From Myxococcales bacterium (GTDB lineage Bacteria; Desulfobacterota; Binatia; HRBIN30), in contig JBBILD010000022.1 of NCBI GenBank assembly GCA_037445065.1, positions 1 to 59,196 of the forward strand: a stretch of 59,196 nucleotides of DNA, read 5' to 3'. The position numbers were made by a program, and so were the translations under genes. Shown piece after piece: positions 28,770 to 37,983 of this stretch. A model generated the notes under the pieces. It saw nothing but the letters and a program-made list of their open reading frames with translations, was not told where the DNA came from and searched no databases. Numbering within the stretch: the stretch's first letter is position 1; the number at the start of each line of letters is the position of its first letter.

Positions 28770-30615
28770 TTTCCGCGCGCACTTCCACTAAGGCAGCGTG
28801 CAGGAGAGGGATTGCTTCCCGGTAGTCCGCAACCAATCCGTAGTCGCAATGCCGGAAGATAGGGGCACGAGCATTGCGGTTGATGGCGACCACGACCCCT
28901 GCTCGCCGAAAGCCCACGTTGTGTTCGAAAGCCCCGCGGATTCCGACGGCGATGTAAAGTCTTGGAGCGATCGAGCGCCCAGTCAATCCGACCTGCACGT
29001 GACGCGGCAGCCACCCTTCGTCGGCCACGTCGCGCGTGGTGCACAACGGTGCGCCCAGAAGCGCCGCAAATGTGCGGAGCAGTTCTAAATCTTCCGGGGC
29101 AACGCCTTTGCCGACTCCGACGACTACCTCTGCCTCGTCCAGCGCGCTTCCAGCTTGCGGGATCTCGCGGTAAGCAAGGGCTTCGGCTTTAGGCGCGGCG
29201 GCCCGCGCAAGTGTTTTTCTTTGGACCTCACATCTTGTCTCGCTTCGACCGTCAGGAAGAGGAAAGACTCCCGGTCGAACTGTGGCCATGGCCGGTCGAG
29301 TGCGGCAGGTAATCAGTGCCGCAATGGTACCGCCGAAGGCAGGCTTGTACTGGAGCAACTGGCCATTGTCGCCGAGGCCGAGGTCAATGCAGTCTGCGCT
29401 GAGGCCCAGCTCCTTTTCGGCGGCAACCACCGCTGCCGCGTTGCGCCCGAGCCAGGTAGACGGGAAAAGGACTATTTCCGGTTCCCAAGTGTCGATTGTT
29501 TCCGAGACTGCTGCGGCGAGGTCTTGAGGCCAAATGATTTTTGATTCCGTGGCTGTACTGAAGCTGTAAGCAAAGAGGACGTCGACCCCGTCCCGACCCC
29601 AGTCCGATGGGTCCGATGAAGCCCAATCCGCGATGACGAGTCCGACAGCCCCACCTAGGGAATCGGCCAGCTGTCGGGCTCGGTTCACGAGTTCGCGGGT
29701 CACTCGAATCCCTCCGTCGTGGCTAGGGTCGGCTACGACCAGAGCTCGGCCGTGGAGTTGCGGTACCGCTCGTGGCGGGATGGGAGCGAGGGGCGGCGGA
29801 GAGGGCACCTTCCATGACCCGAACAAACCGCAGTCTCGAATCAGAATCCCCGCAAGTTCGCGCACTCCATCGTTCAATGAGGGCGCCGCAATGGTCTTTT
29901 GTAAGCGCTGAGTCGGTAGATCGATGAGTTCGCGAACCTGGGTTGGCGACCCAGCCGCTCCGACTTTTTTAGGGTCGACACCCGCCATGTTTGCATCAAA
30001 GGTGACAAGCGGTTTTGAGCGAGCCTGTTCTAACTCTTCTCTGCTCGGGAATCTTTCTGCCGCGATGCCCTCGGTCACGGTGATTAGAAACGGCGGGGTT
30101 ACGCGAAGGATGAGGATGCCGTCGTCAGTTTCGCATTCCAGATCGAAGACCAGCCTTTCGGTGGGAGCGATGCTCATGCGCTGCACCTGCGCATAACAGG
30201 GCACACCGAGAAGAGTCGCGAGTTCTGGACCGAGCTGCGCCGTTTCAGCGTCCACGCTATACCGCCCGCACAAAATCACGTCGGGTCGTTCCTGCCGAAC
30301 GATAGGATGCAAGGCATGAGCCGTGGCGAGTACATCAGAACCCGCGAACACGGGATCGCAGACGTGGATTGCTCGGTCAGCGCCTAAGGCCAGACAGTGT
30401 TCTAGTGCGACCCGGGCCGTTGGTGGGCCGAGCGTGACCGCGACGACTTCGGATGCCACGCCACCGGCGCGTAACGTCACAGCGTAATTCAAGGCACGCG
30501 CGTCGAAGGAGTTCACCTCTAGCGCGACGCCCTCGCGCTGGAGCCGCTTGGTGACTGGGTCCAATCGCAAGCTGGCAACGTGTGGGACAGGTTTCACGCA
30601 CACCAAAAGGCGCAC
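28759..30615 (-). CDS. Fused electron transfer flavoprotein beta+alpha subunit
   Basis: Beta: VCVKPVP, FAGSDVLATA, DAETAQ, GSPT. Alpha: LSADC, KPAFGG, TVRPG, QVGLTG, GIRGAFEH, AINRN. AAGGAGG RBS before GTG 30615. Confidence 0.88.
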   Translation of the reverse strand: MRLLVCVKPVPHVASLRLDPVTKRLQREGVALEVNSFDARALNYAVTLRAGGVASEVVAVTLGPPTARVALEHCLALGADRAIHVCDPVFAGSDVLATAHALHPIVRQERPDVILCGRYSVDAETAQLGPELATLLGVPCYAQVQRMSIAPTERLVFDLECETDDGILILRVTPPFLITVTEGIAAERFPSREELEQARSKPLVTFDANMAGVDPKKVGAAGSPTQVRELIDLPTQRLQKTIAAPSLNDGVRELAGILIRDCGLFGSWKVPSPPPLAPIPPRAVPQLHGRALVVADPSHDGGIRVTRELVNRARQLADSLGGAVGLVIADWASSDPSDWGRDGVDVLFAYSFSTATESKIIWPQDLAAAVSETIDTWEPEIVLFPSTWLGRNAAAVVAAEKELGLSADCIDLGLGDNGQLLQYKPAFGGTIAALITCRTRPAMATVRPGVFPLPDGRSETRCEVQRKTLARAAAPKAEALAYREIPQAGSALDEAEVVVGVGKGVAPEDLELLRTFAALLGAPLCTTRDVADEGWLPRHVQVGLTGRSIAPRLYIAVGIRGAFEHNVGFRRAGVVVAINRNARAPIFRHCDYGLVADYREAIPLLHAALVEVRAENGQ

Positions 30616-30775
30616 GAACGAGACTCCTCCTTTTCTAAAGATAAACGGCACTCGTGTAGGTCAGGAGGACTGACTCAACAAGTGCGCGCCCCGAAAACTT
30701 CGATGGTGAGTTCGTGCTGGTTCGTGTTAACAACGCAACGCAGCATCAGCTGAGTAGCTACGGGAGAGGAACGCG

Positions 30776-31555
30776 ATGAGAAAGCGCCTGGCCGTGAACG
30801 CCTTGTTGTTGTTCATCTGGGCGTGTGGCGGAAAACAGGAGCCGCCGCTCCCGAAGCGCTTGGTGGACCTAAGTCCGGTGCTATCAACGGATTTACCCCT
30901 GAGACAGTTAGGTGCGCGCGCGGTTGAATTCCTGGGAGTTCCGCCCCGGTTGGAATCGACGCCAATTGAGCCCGCGCGGGAAGGCTATGCATATGGGCTG
31001 GCCTTGCTGACCCTACCCAGTCAGATCGGTGCTCACTTGGACGCCCCAGGTCGCTTGCTGAAAAATGGAGCGCGGGCCGACGAGGTTGCGCTGAATCGCC
31101 TGGTCGGTCCCGGTAAGGTACTTGATCTGCGTTGGAAAGGGCACGACTCGCCGATCCAGGTGTCCGATCTAGAGCATGGTTCGGTGGAGGAGGGCGACAT
31201 GGTGATTCTTTACGTTGGATACACGCCACCTCGTGAGCATGAGTGGCCACGGTTTCCCCCGCTTTCCCGCCAAGCAGCAGAATGGCTGGCGGCGAAGCGA
31301 GTGAACGCCGTGCTCACCGACGCCCCGAACTTAGGTAGTTTTCCCCGCTACAAAGAAATGATGGCGCAAGGCAAGCCGGTTGAGGAGATTTGGGCGGAAA
31401 AAATCGAACTCTTCCGGAGCGGAATCCCTGTGTTCGAAGGGATCATCAACACGGCAGAGCTAGTGGGGGAGAAGCGCATTCTGATAGTCGCATTACCTTT
31501 GCCGATTGCGGAACGCGCTGGGGCGCCCGCTAGGGTCGTGGCCTTCCTATACTGA
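30776..31555 (+). CDS. Cyclase/kynurenine formamidase-like metallohydrolase, probable lipoprotein
   Basis: VDLS, QIGAHLDAP, FPPLSRQAAEWL, E.I.N, GAPARVVA. Signal with IWACGG. Confidence 0.8.
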   Translation: MRKRLAVNALLLFIWACGGKQEPPLPKRLVDLSPVLSTDLPLRQLGARAVEFLGVPPRLESTPIEPAREGYAYGLALLTLPSQIGAHLDAPGRLLKNGARADEVALNRLVGPGKVLDLRWKGHDSPIQVSDLEHGSVEEGDMVILYVGYTPPREHEWPRFPPLSRQAAEWLAAKRVNAVLTDAPNLGSFPRYKEMMAQGKPVEEIWAEKIELFRSGIPVFEGIINTAELVGEKRILIVALPLPIAERAGAPARVVAFLY

Positions 31556-31674
31556 CTGGCCTGCAAAGGCCGCTGGTTGAGGGCTCACACCATTCGGAAA
31601 ACGAATGCAACGGAACCCGCGCGCAGCGCCCCGGTCACAGGCCGAGCTGCGAGATTTCCGGATTTCGGCCCAAG

Positions 31675-31944
31675 TCAAGCGCCGAGGTTGTGTTCGCCGT
31701 CAGTTACTGGCCGGCCATTCGGCCCTGGCGATTCAGAGCGGCCCGGCTCGGACTGCAGCGCTTGGTGCAGTAACGCCTCCATCGCTCGGCGCGCAAGGCG
31801 GCTCGGCGTGATGTGACCGTTCTCCCAACGGTTCACAGTGGACACTGTCACCCCAATAGCGTGCGCGAACTCCTCTTGCGTCATGTTGAGGCGTTTTCGT
31901 AACGCCGTAATGGAAGGGCCGCTGAAGGTATTTTCCGCGTTCAT
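31675..31944 (-). CDS. XRE-family helix-turn-helix protein
   Basis: LRKRLNMTQEEFAHAIGVTVSTVNRWENG..PS. GAAAGGGGG RBS. Confidence 0.85.
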   Translation of the reverse strand: MNAENTFSGPSITALRKRLNMTQEEFAHAIGVTVSTVNRWENGHITPSRLARRAMEALLHQALQSEPGRSESPGPNGRPVTDGEHNLGA

Positions 31945-32184
31945 CTTGGGAACGATCCCCCTTTCCGACTTTCGCGTCGTGGCCTGCATCTGGCGTGCCA
32001 TATGCTGTGGCGATGATGGACTCAGCCGGCTCCCATAAGGATGCTGTCAACGAAGTGACGGATGGCAAAATCATTGCGCTCCATGCCGGGCATGGAGGAA
32101 GAAAACGGGTGCTCCGAAAGAGTTGCAATGTGGAAGAGAGTTTGCGAAAAGCCAACAGACTTTTACTACAAAATTGTTGCGACC

Positions 32185-32312
32185 AGGCCTAATCTCCTTT
32201 TTGGGAGAGCGGAGGAACCAAGGAATTTGGGGTGAATCTCGGGACGGATCGTTTCGAGTAGGGTAACTCTTTGAACCCGAACCCGTCAGCTAACTTCGCC
32301 GGCCTTCAAGGA
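32185..32312 (+). ncRNA. Cyclic di-AMP (ydaO/yuaA) riboswitch
   Basis: Ordered conserved blocks GCCTAATC...GAGCGGAGGAACC...TTGGGGTGAATC...GTAGGGTAACTCT...ACCCGAACCCGTCAGCTAACTTCG, closed by AGGCC/GGCCT. Lies upstream of a cell-wall enzyme gene. Confidence 0.88.
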
Positions 32313-32388
32313 GAGGGGTCGAGCTAAGGCTCGGCCGGCTGAGAGCGCCTCTCCAGGCGTCGCAAGAGACAAATGGAGGGCCAACTCG

Positions 32389-32934
32389 ATGGACAGACAC
32401 GGTAGTGCGAGGGTTCGCTTTGGCCGCCGTGTGCGCGGTCGCATCCTGACCGCGAGTGTGTGGGCCGTCTTGCTCGCGTTGCACTTTCCCGGTGACGTCA
32501 GGGCCAGCGGTGAGGCAAAGAAAGTCCAGCGGAGCGCCAAGAAGCCCGCCCCGGTGAAATTGGTCAAAGCTTCGTGGTACGGTGCTCGCTTCCACGGGAA
32601 AGTTGCCGCAAATGGAAGGCCATTCGACGCGCGGCGTCTGACTGCTGCCCACCGATCTTGGCGACTTGGCTCAAAGGTGCAGGTTCGCAATCCGAGGAAC
32701 GGGAAAGCTGTCGTGGTAGAAATCACGGATCGCGGGCCATACGTACGCGGAAGAGAAATTGACTTGTCGTACGAGGCTGCGGCTCGCCTGGGCATCCTGC
32801 ATGCCGGGGTTGCGCCGGTGGAGGTGGAGATTCTTCCAGAGAAGGTGTCATCGCGGCAGGGGAGTGGGGAACCGATTGTGGTTGCCTCAGCAAGCCGAGT
32901 TGGCCTGGTTTGGCCGCGAGCCATTGCGAGGTGA
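32389..32934 (+). CDS. rlpA: Septal ring lytic transglycosylase RlpA family (DPBB domain, no SPOR)
   Basis: ASWYG..FHG..AANG, TAAHR, DRGPY..GR.IDLS..AA..LG. Confidence 0.9.
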   Translation: MDRHGSARVRFGRRVRGRILTASVWAVLLALHFPGDVRASGEAKKVQRSAKKPAPVKLVKASWYGARFHGKVAANGRPFDARRLTAAHRSWRLGSKVQVRNPRNGKAVVVEITDRGPYVRGREIDLSYEAAARLGILHAGVAPVEVEILPEKVSSRQGSGEPIVVASASRVGLVWPRAIAR

Positions 32935-32940
32935 GTCGAG

Positions 32941-33387
32941 GTGGGCAGCGAGGATCGAGCACGAGCTCAGTACTTGGTAGGGTTGGATTTTTCTCCAGCG
33001 TCGCGCCGTGCGTTGCAAGTGGCACGTGCCCTCGCGAAGCGAACCGGAGCCAAAGTTCGAGTGGTACACGTGGTCAGCCCCGTTTACCAGGTAGAAGGAA
33101 TCGACGCGGCAGAATACGTCAAAGAGCGTCGTCGGTGGGCACAGCAACAACTGAGGCGCCTTCATCTCGACTCGGCCGACGTCGTTTTGCGAGTCGGCGA
33201 CCCTGCCGAGCAGTTGCGGGATGAAGCCCGGAGGGCGCAGGTGCGGCTGTTGGTCCTGGGCACGAGTCATCGCTCCCTGTTGCAGCGGTGGTTAGTAGGA
33301 AGCGTGGCGTCGAAGCTGTTGTTGGATTCGCCCGTGCCCGTCCTCGTGGTCCCGATGCGCCCCTCGAGGGGGAGGTCCCAGGCGTAG
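32941..33387 (+). CDS. Universal stress protein
   Basis: LVGLDFS..S..AL, VVHV, GDPAEQL, LVGSVA..LL..SPVPVLVV. Confidence 0.9.
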   Translation: MGSEDRARAQYLVGLDFSPASRRALQVARALAKRTGAKVRVVHVVSPVYQVEGIDAAEYVKERRRWAQQQLRRLHLDSADVVLRVGDPAEQLRDEARRAQVRLLVLGTSHRSLLQRWLVGSVASKLLLDSPVPVLVVPMRPSRGRSQA

Positions 33388-33392
33388 CGCAA

Positions 33393-33773
33393 TCACGAAA
33401 GCGGCTTTGTTCGTTTCGGTTGTTCGGACCGAACCAGCCGTATTTTTTGCGTGGCGCGTTTGGTCGGTGGCGAGGCCAGCCGACCCACCTGCCGCTGGAG
33501 TCGCGAGACCAAGCGATTCAGGGAGGGGATGAGCCTTGGGAACTCGGTGGGTTCTTTCATCTGCACCTCTGTCGGTGAGCTTGGCCCTGCTTCAGGGGCG
33601 AGGCGATCGCGCCTTACCAGCCGGCGGAGGGGATTCCATCCCCTGCGCTTGCGACGCCCGGCCACACGCGAACGTTGGCCCTCCAGTGCTGCTTCCAATT
33701 CACGCAAGCGGAGTACGGTCGCGTCGACAATGTTGCTGACCGGTACCTGAATCGGCTGCTCTTTCGAAGTCAT
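33393..33773 (-). CDS. Hypothetical basic protein
   Basis: ORF with ATG start, convergent with usp. No recognised motif. Confidence 0.4.
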   Translation of the reverse strand: MTSKEQPIQVPVSNIVDATVLRLRELEAALEGQRSRVAGRRKRRGWNPLRRLVRRDRLAPEAGPSSPTEVQMKEPTEFPRLIPSLNRLVSRLQRQVGRLASPPTKRATQKIRLVRSEQPKRTKPLS

Positions 33774-34187
33774 GATTGCTCGCCTGCCGGCGATGCCTTT
33801 AGAACCGAGCCGTGTTTACCATTGCCGTGGCCCCCTGCCCAGGCAAGCCTGGGGTTTCCGAATTGCGGAAATCGGTCGGACAGGCGGTAGGTCTCGGGCG
33901 GCGACCGCAACAAAACCCTCGGCGCCCGTCTCTGGGCAGAACATTTCTTTCTAGGGGCCTCTACAACGCGCAAGCGGGCTTCCGATCTGCACAAGAAGGG
34001 CTCCACGGGTCGAAAGGCAGAGGATGCTGTCGGTGAGCGCGAAGACTGGTCGCGTTGGCGACGAGCTCTTGTGGCAGTGAGGGTGGGCCCACATCGACCT
34101 AGAGAAAACAAGCGAAATCCGCCGTGTGAGTACAAGCTTTTCTGGTTGTAGTTGCGCTAACGTCATGCGAAGAAGCGGTGGGTGCGA

Positions 34188-36887
34188 ATGGGGCGTAGGC
34201 AAAGGCTGCGGAAGCGGGCGCGGCGGTGGGTTGCTTGGTTCGGTACGACCCTGGGGGCGCTTTTAGGGATCTTGTTCGCAGCGCCGCAGGGGAGGGCCGA
34301 AGGGTGCGGATTGGGCGAGGCGGCAGACGGATGGATCGCGCAGTTGTTCGGTACGGTCCCCGCCCTTCCATGTTTGGCACTGGATGTGGGAGTGCCTGAG
34401 GACAGTCGTGTATCGGCTGCTGCTTTGGTGAGGCTCGCGCACGTCTGGTTTGCAAGCGAGCAGGGACCGCAGGTCGTTTACTTTGGATTAGCAGGTGCCG
34501 ACGGATCCGTGATTGCACCGACGCTGGTAGAGGGTGGCGTTCCCGTCTTCACACGGCCCGGAGGCAGCGGCTTCCAACTGGTCGTCGAGGCGGCTCCTGG
34601 TCCTCAGGGGCGTGCCGTTGGGCTCTTTGTGCCGCAGGCCGGCCCTGTGCCAGAGCCTGGGCCGGATGTGCGAATCCAGGCCTCGCAAAGCGTTGGAGAC
34701 GGCAACCCAGTGCCATGTGAAGGAGGAGTTCCGGGCGTTCCGGTCTTTCGTCTCGAGGAGGATGCGACAAGCCGTAGCATTGCGTCGGACTGGGCTTGTG
34801 GAGCAGTTGCCAATCCAAACGTTGGCCGTGCTTGCACGGTTGATGAGTTCGGCCTGCCTCGATTCGTGGCAGCAGGGCGGGCAACGGCGCAGTTCTGTTT
34901 GCCAGTCACGTCTTCTCGGGCGTTTCCTCTCGGTGAGACATGGCTGATGGCGAGGGTGCGGGACGTCAGCGGCGTGGTGGGTATACCGCGTTGGCTCAAG
35001 ATTCGGGTGGGAGCCACGGCGGTGCCAGCGCCAACCTCGACGCCCACCATCACACGCGTGGTGTCAGCGACCCCCTCGCCGTCGTCCTCGCGCACCGCCT
35101 CGCCAACGCGCAGCGTTGTTCCGTCTCGAACTGCTACTCTCTCGCCTACGGCGAGTGCGACGCGAACCGCACGGACTGTGAGCCCCGGTCCCAGTCCTTC
35201 TGTAACGTTGACCGTTCTCCTGGCGGCTACTCCGACCCCTACTCGAGTCCCTGAGCCAACTACCGCGCTGCCTTCGCGGAGCCCGACTCCGACGGTGAGC
35301 GCTTCGGAGGCGCCTACAGCTACTCCGACTCGCGTACTTCCGTCTAGCACGCACTCTGCAACCGCAACGCAAAGATCCCGGAGAACGCGGACACCGCGCC
35401 CCACGTGGTCCTTGACAGCAACGCCGTCTGTCCTGGTGACGCCGAGCGTCACCTCGAGTCGAACTCAGACTCCGTCCCCTACGGCGAATCCATCCGATGC
35501 ACGAACAGTCACCACAAGCCCAACCGTGTCCCGGTCGCCGACACCGACCCGAACGCTCACGGCCCGTGCTGCCACAGCGACCTGGACGCGGTCTGCGACG
35601 GCCACCCGAACACCGACCTATACGTGGACGGCGTTGGGTACGCGGACCTTTACGGCGACGCGCACTCCGGTGCCAACGGGGTCACCGACTCTACCTCCAA
35701 CGGGTATTGCGACATTCACCCCCACTTCTACTCCTTCATCGACACCGAGTCGAACCCAGACGCGCACCCGTACCCCTACTGCAACGGCTCGCCTCGGGCA
35801 GTCGCCGACTGCGACGGTGACCGGAGTCCTCCCCACCGTGACAGCTACATCCACGGCGACGGCCTCCGCGTCGCGAACGGCGAGCAGAACTCGTTCACTG
35901 ACACCGACGCGAACCTTCTCGCGCACACCGACTGTTTCTCCAACTTCCTCGCTTAGCCCGACGAGCTCTCTCCCTCCTTCACCATCTTTCAGCGCAACGC
36001 CCAGTCGGACGCGCTCCTCCACACCCACGCCGTCGCATACGCCATCTCCGACGTTTACTTGGTCACCGCGGCCGACACCGACGTTTACAAGTTCTCCGAC
36101 ACACTCCCGAACGCCACTTCCATCGCGCACCCCGACCATCTCGCCGACACCAAGTTTCACCCCGACCTTTACGGCAACACGTTCGCCCTCGATGACTCGC
36201 ACGCCGAGCAGCACTCCGTCGGTCACGCTTTCCCCCACCGCGAGCCGAACCCCGAGTGTGACCGCGACGCCCACGGCGACCGTTCCGCCCGAGCCAAGAA
36301 TCGTCTATTTTGGGCTGGTTCGTGCCGACGACCAAATTGTGCCTGCGACCGGCACGACACCCGAAGGATGGCCCGTGTACGAGCGGCCGTTTGGCTCTGG
36401 CTTTTCCATCGTGCTCGAAGCGCAACCCGGTGGGGCGGGAACTGCGCTCGGGCTGTCCACGTTCCAATGGAATCCTGGCGACCCGTCGGTCTTACCCGAT
36501 TTGGCGATTGTCTCGTCGCGGCCGCTGGGCAATGGCTCCACCGCGGTGTGCGATGACCAGCCTCCACGCCTCGGTGGTGTGCCCGCTGCGCAATGGGTGT
36601 CCGTCCTTCCGCCACCGCAGGAAATTGCTGACGCAATCAACGACTTGGCCTGTCGATTCAAGAACGGCTTAGGAATGACGAGCGGTCGCGGCCGGGACGA
36701 GGCATGTAGCGCCTTTCAGGATGGGACGTACCGGTTTGTGGTAAATACCGCTACTGTGCAGTTCTGTGGATTCGTGAACGAATCCATCGCATTCCCACCG
36801 GGAGAGACGGTGCTGACGGCTCGTGTCCGCGACACAGCGGGGCGATGGAGCGAAGCGGGGAGTATCGTTGTGCGAATCGTTCCCTAA
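34188..36887 (+). CDS. Secreted protein with two homologous Cys-containing domains joined by a long Thr/Ser/Pro stalk
   Basis: Basic N-region plus hydrophobic signal. Repeated motifs YFGL..AD, GSGF..V.EA.PG, QFC, AFP.GET.L.ARVRD on either side of a TPT/TRT low-complexity region. Confidence 0.8.
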   Translation: MGRRQRLRKRARRWVAWFGTTLGALLGILFAAPQGRAEGCGLGEAADGWIAQLFGTVPALPCLALDVGVPEDSRVSAAALVRLAHVWFASEQGPQVVYFGLAGADGSVIAPTLVEGGVPVFTRPGGSGFQLVVEAAPGPQGRAVGLFVPQAGPVPEPGPDVRIQASQSVGDGNPVPCEGGVPGVPVFRLEEDATSRSIASDWACGAVANPNVGRACTVDEFGLPRFVAAGRATAQFCLPVTSSRAFPLGETWLMARVRDVSGVVGIPRWLKIRVGATAVPAPTSTPTITRVVSATPSPSSSRTASPTRSVVPSRTATLSPTASATRTARTVSPGPSPSVTLTVLLAATPTPTRVPEPTTALPSRSPTPTVSASEAPTATPTRVLPSSTHSATATQRSRRTRTPRPTWSLTATPSVLVTPSVTSSRTQTPSPTANPSDARTVTTSPTVSRSPTPTRTLTARAATATWTRSATATRTPTYTWTALGTRTFTATRTPVPTGSPTLPPTGIATFTPTSTPSSTPSRTQTRTRTPTATARLGQSPTATVTGVLPTVTATSTATASASRTASRTRSLTPTRTFSRTPTVSPTSSLSPTSSLPPSPSFSATPSRTRSSTPTPSHTPSPTFTWSPRPTPTFTSSPTHSRTPLPSRTPTISPTPSFTPTFTATRSPSMTRTPSSTPSVTLSPTASRTPSVTATPTATVPPEPRIVYFGLVRADDQIVPATGTTPEGWPVYERPFGSGFSIVLEAQPGGAGTALGLSTFQWNPGDPSVLPDLAIVSSRPLGNGSTAVCDDQPPRLGGVPAAQWVSVLPPPQEIADAINDLACRFKNGLGMTSGRGRDEACSAFQDGTYRFVVNTATVQFCGFVNESIAFPPGETVLTARVRDTAGRWSEAGSIVVRIVP

Positions 36888-36954
36888 GTCGAGGCTCTGC
36901 GAGAAACGGATCACGAGAGCGGCACTTCTTGGGTCGTCGCAAACCCAGGTCTGG

Positions 36955-37983
36955 CTATGAGACGACCCAGGTTTCCGGCCCTTTCAGCAAGCCTTGGATG
37001 TCAGGTGGAGCCTGGTTGAGTGCTTGCGCGATTTGTGCGTTGACGATTTCCTCGTAGGTCGGGCGCGTTACAGCCCGAAACACTCCGATTGGGGTGGGAA
37101 ACTCCGGCGGCGAGAGTTGACTCAGGGTGAAAGCCAACCCAGCGTCCGTTTCATCGTGCCGCAGCAGGGCCTCCTCACTAACGCCGTCGCCCAAGTGTAC
37201 CACCGTCGGCTGTCCATTCACGAGGCGGATGCCCTTCTCTCGCTGCTTCCCGAACCGCAGGGGTTCCCCATGACGTAGCACGAGTTGCGCATCTGCCTTT
37301 GTGTCCTTGTCTGTGAGCGACGCAAAAGCGCCGTCGTTGAAGATATTGCAGTTTTGGAGGATTTCCACGAATGCGGTGCCCTTGTGATGAAACGCACGCA
37401 GCAGCGTCTCTTGCAGGTGCTTCGCCTCAACGTCGATGCTGCGAGCGACGAAGGTCGCGTTGGCGCCAAGTGCTACCGCGATTGGGTTGAACGGGTGGTC
37501 TGGGGCCCCCAAGGGCGTGGACTTTGTAATCTTTCCTTGCTCCGAAGTGGGCGAGTATTGGCCCTTGGTCAGCCCGTAAATCCGGTTGTTGAAGAGCAAA
37601 ATGTTGACGTCAATGTTGCGGCGCAAAATGTGGATCAGGTGATTCCCCCCAATAGATAGCCCATCGCCATCTCCGGTCACCACCCACACGGACAGTTCAG
37701 GTCGAGTGATTTTCAAGCCTGAAGCGAGCGCCGGGGCTCGACCATGAATCGAGTGAAAGCCGTACGTGTTCATGTAATAAGGGAAGCGACTGGAGCAACC
37801 GATCCCAGAGATAAACACGATGTTTTCTCGAGGAATCCCTAGCTCGGGCATCACCTTTTGCACTTGCGCTAGAATCGCGTAGTCCCCGCAACCGGGGCAC
37901 CAGCGAACGTCTTGGTCGGTTACGAAGTCCTTGCGGGACAGTTTTGGAAGACTTTGCTGGAGTTGTTCTGCCATGAGACTCAC
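36955..37983 (-). CDS. korB: 2-oxoacid:ferredoxin oxidoreductase beta subunit
   Basis: WCPGCGD, SGIGCSSR, HGRA, GDGD...NNRIYGLTKGQYSPT. Confidence 0.92.
   Translation of the reverse strand: MSLMAEQLQQSLPKLSRKDFVTDQDVRWCPGCGDYAILAQVQKVMPELGIPRENIVFISGIGCSSRFPYYMNTYGFHSIHGRAPALASGLKITRPELSVWVVTGDGDGLSIGGNHLIHILRRNIDVNILLFNNRIYGLTKGQYSPTSEQGKITKSTPLGAPDHPFNPIAVALGANATFVARSIDVEAKHLQETLLRAFHHKGTAFVEILQNCNIFNDGAFASLTDKDTKADAQLVLRHGEPLRFGKQREKGIRLVNGQPTVVHLGDGVSEEALLRHDETDAGLAFTLSQLSPPEFPTPIGVFRAVTRPTYEEIVNAQIAQALNQAPPDIQGLLKGPETWVVS

Noticed and set aside
31675..31944. XRE protein as antitoxin or prophage repressor
   Set aside because: No adjacent toxin ORF or phage genes were recognised.
33774..34187. 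Structured RNA in the 410-bp intergenic region (includes palindrome TTTCCG-AATTG-CGGAAA)
   Set aside because: No recognisable riboswitch or sRNA consensus by eye. It needs a covariance search, so it was not called.
34604..36274. Long Val/Gly-rich antisense ORFs (34604-35452, 35618-36274)
   Set aside because: These are reverse-strand shadows of the Thr/Pro low-complexity stalk codons.
35010..36290. Possible CRISPR or tandem DNA repeat array
   Set aside because: The periodicity is at amino-acid level with varied codons. No identical repeat-spacer units and no cas genes.
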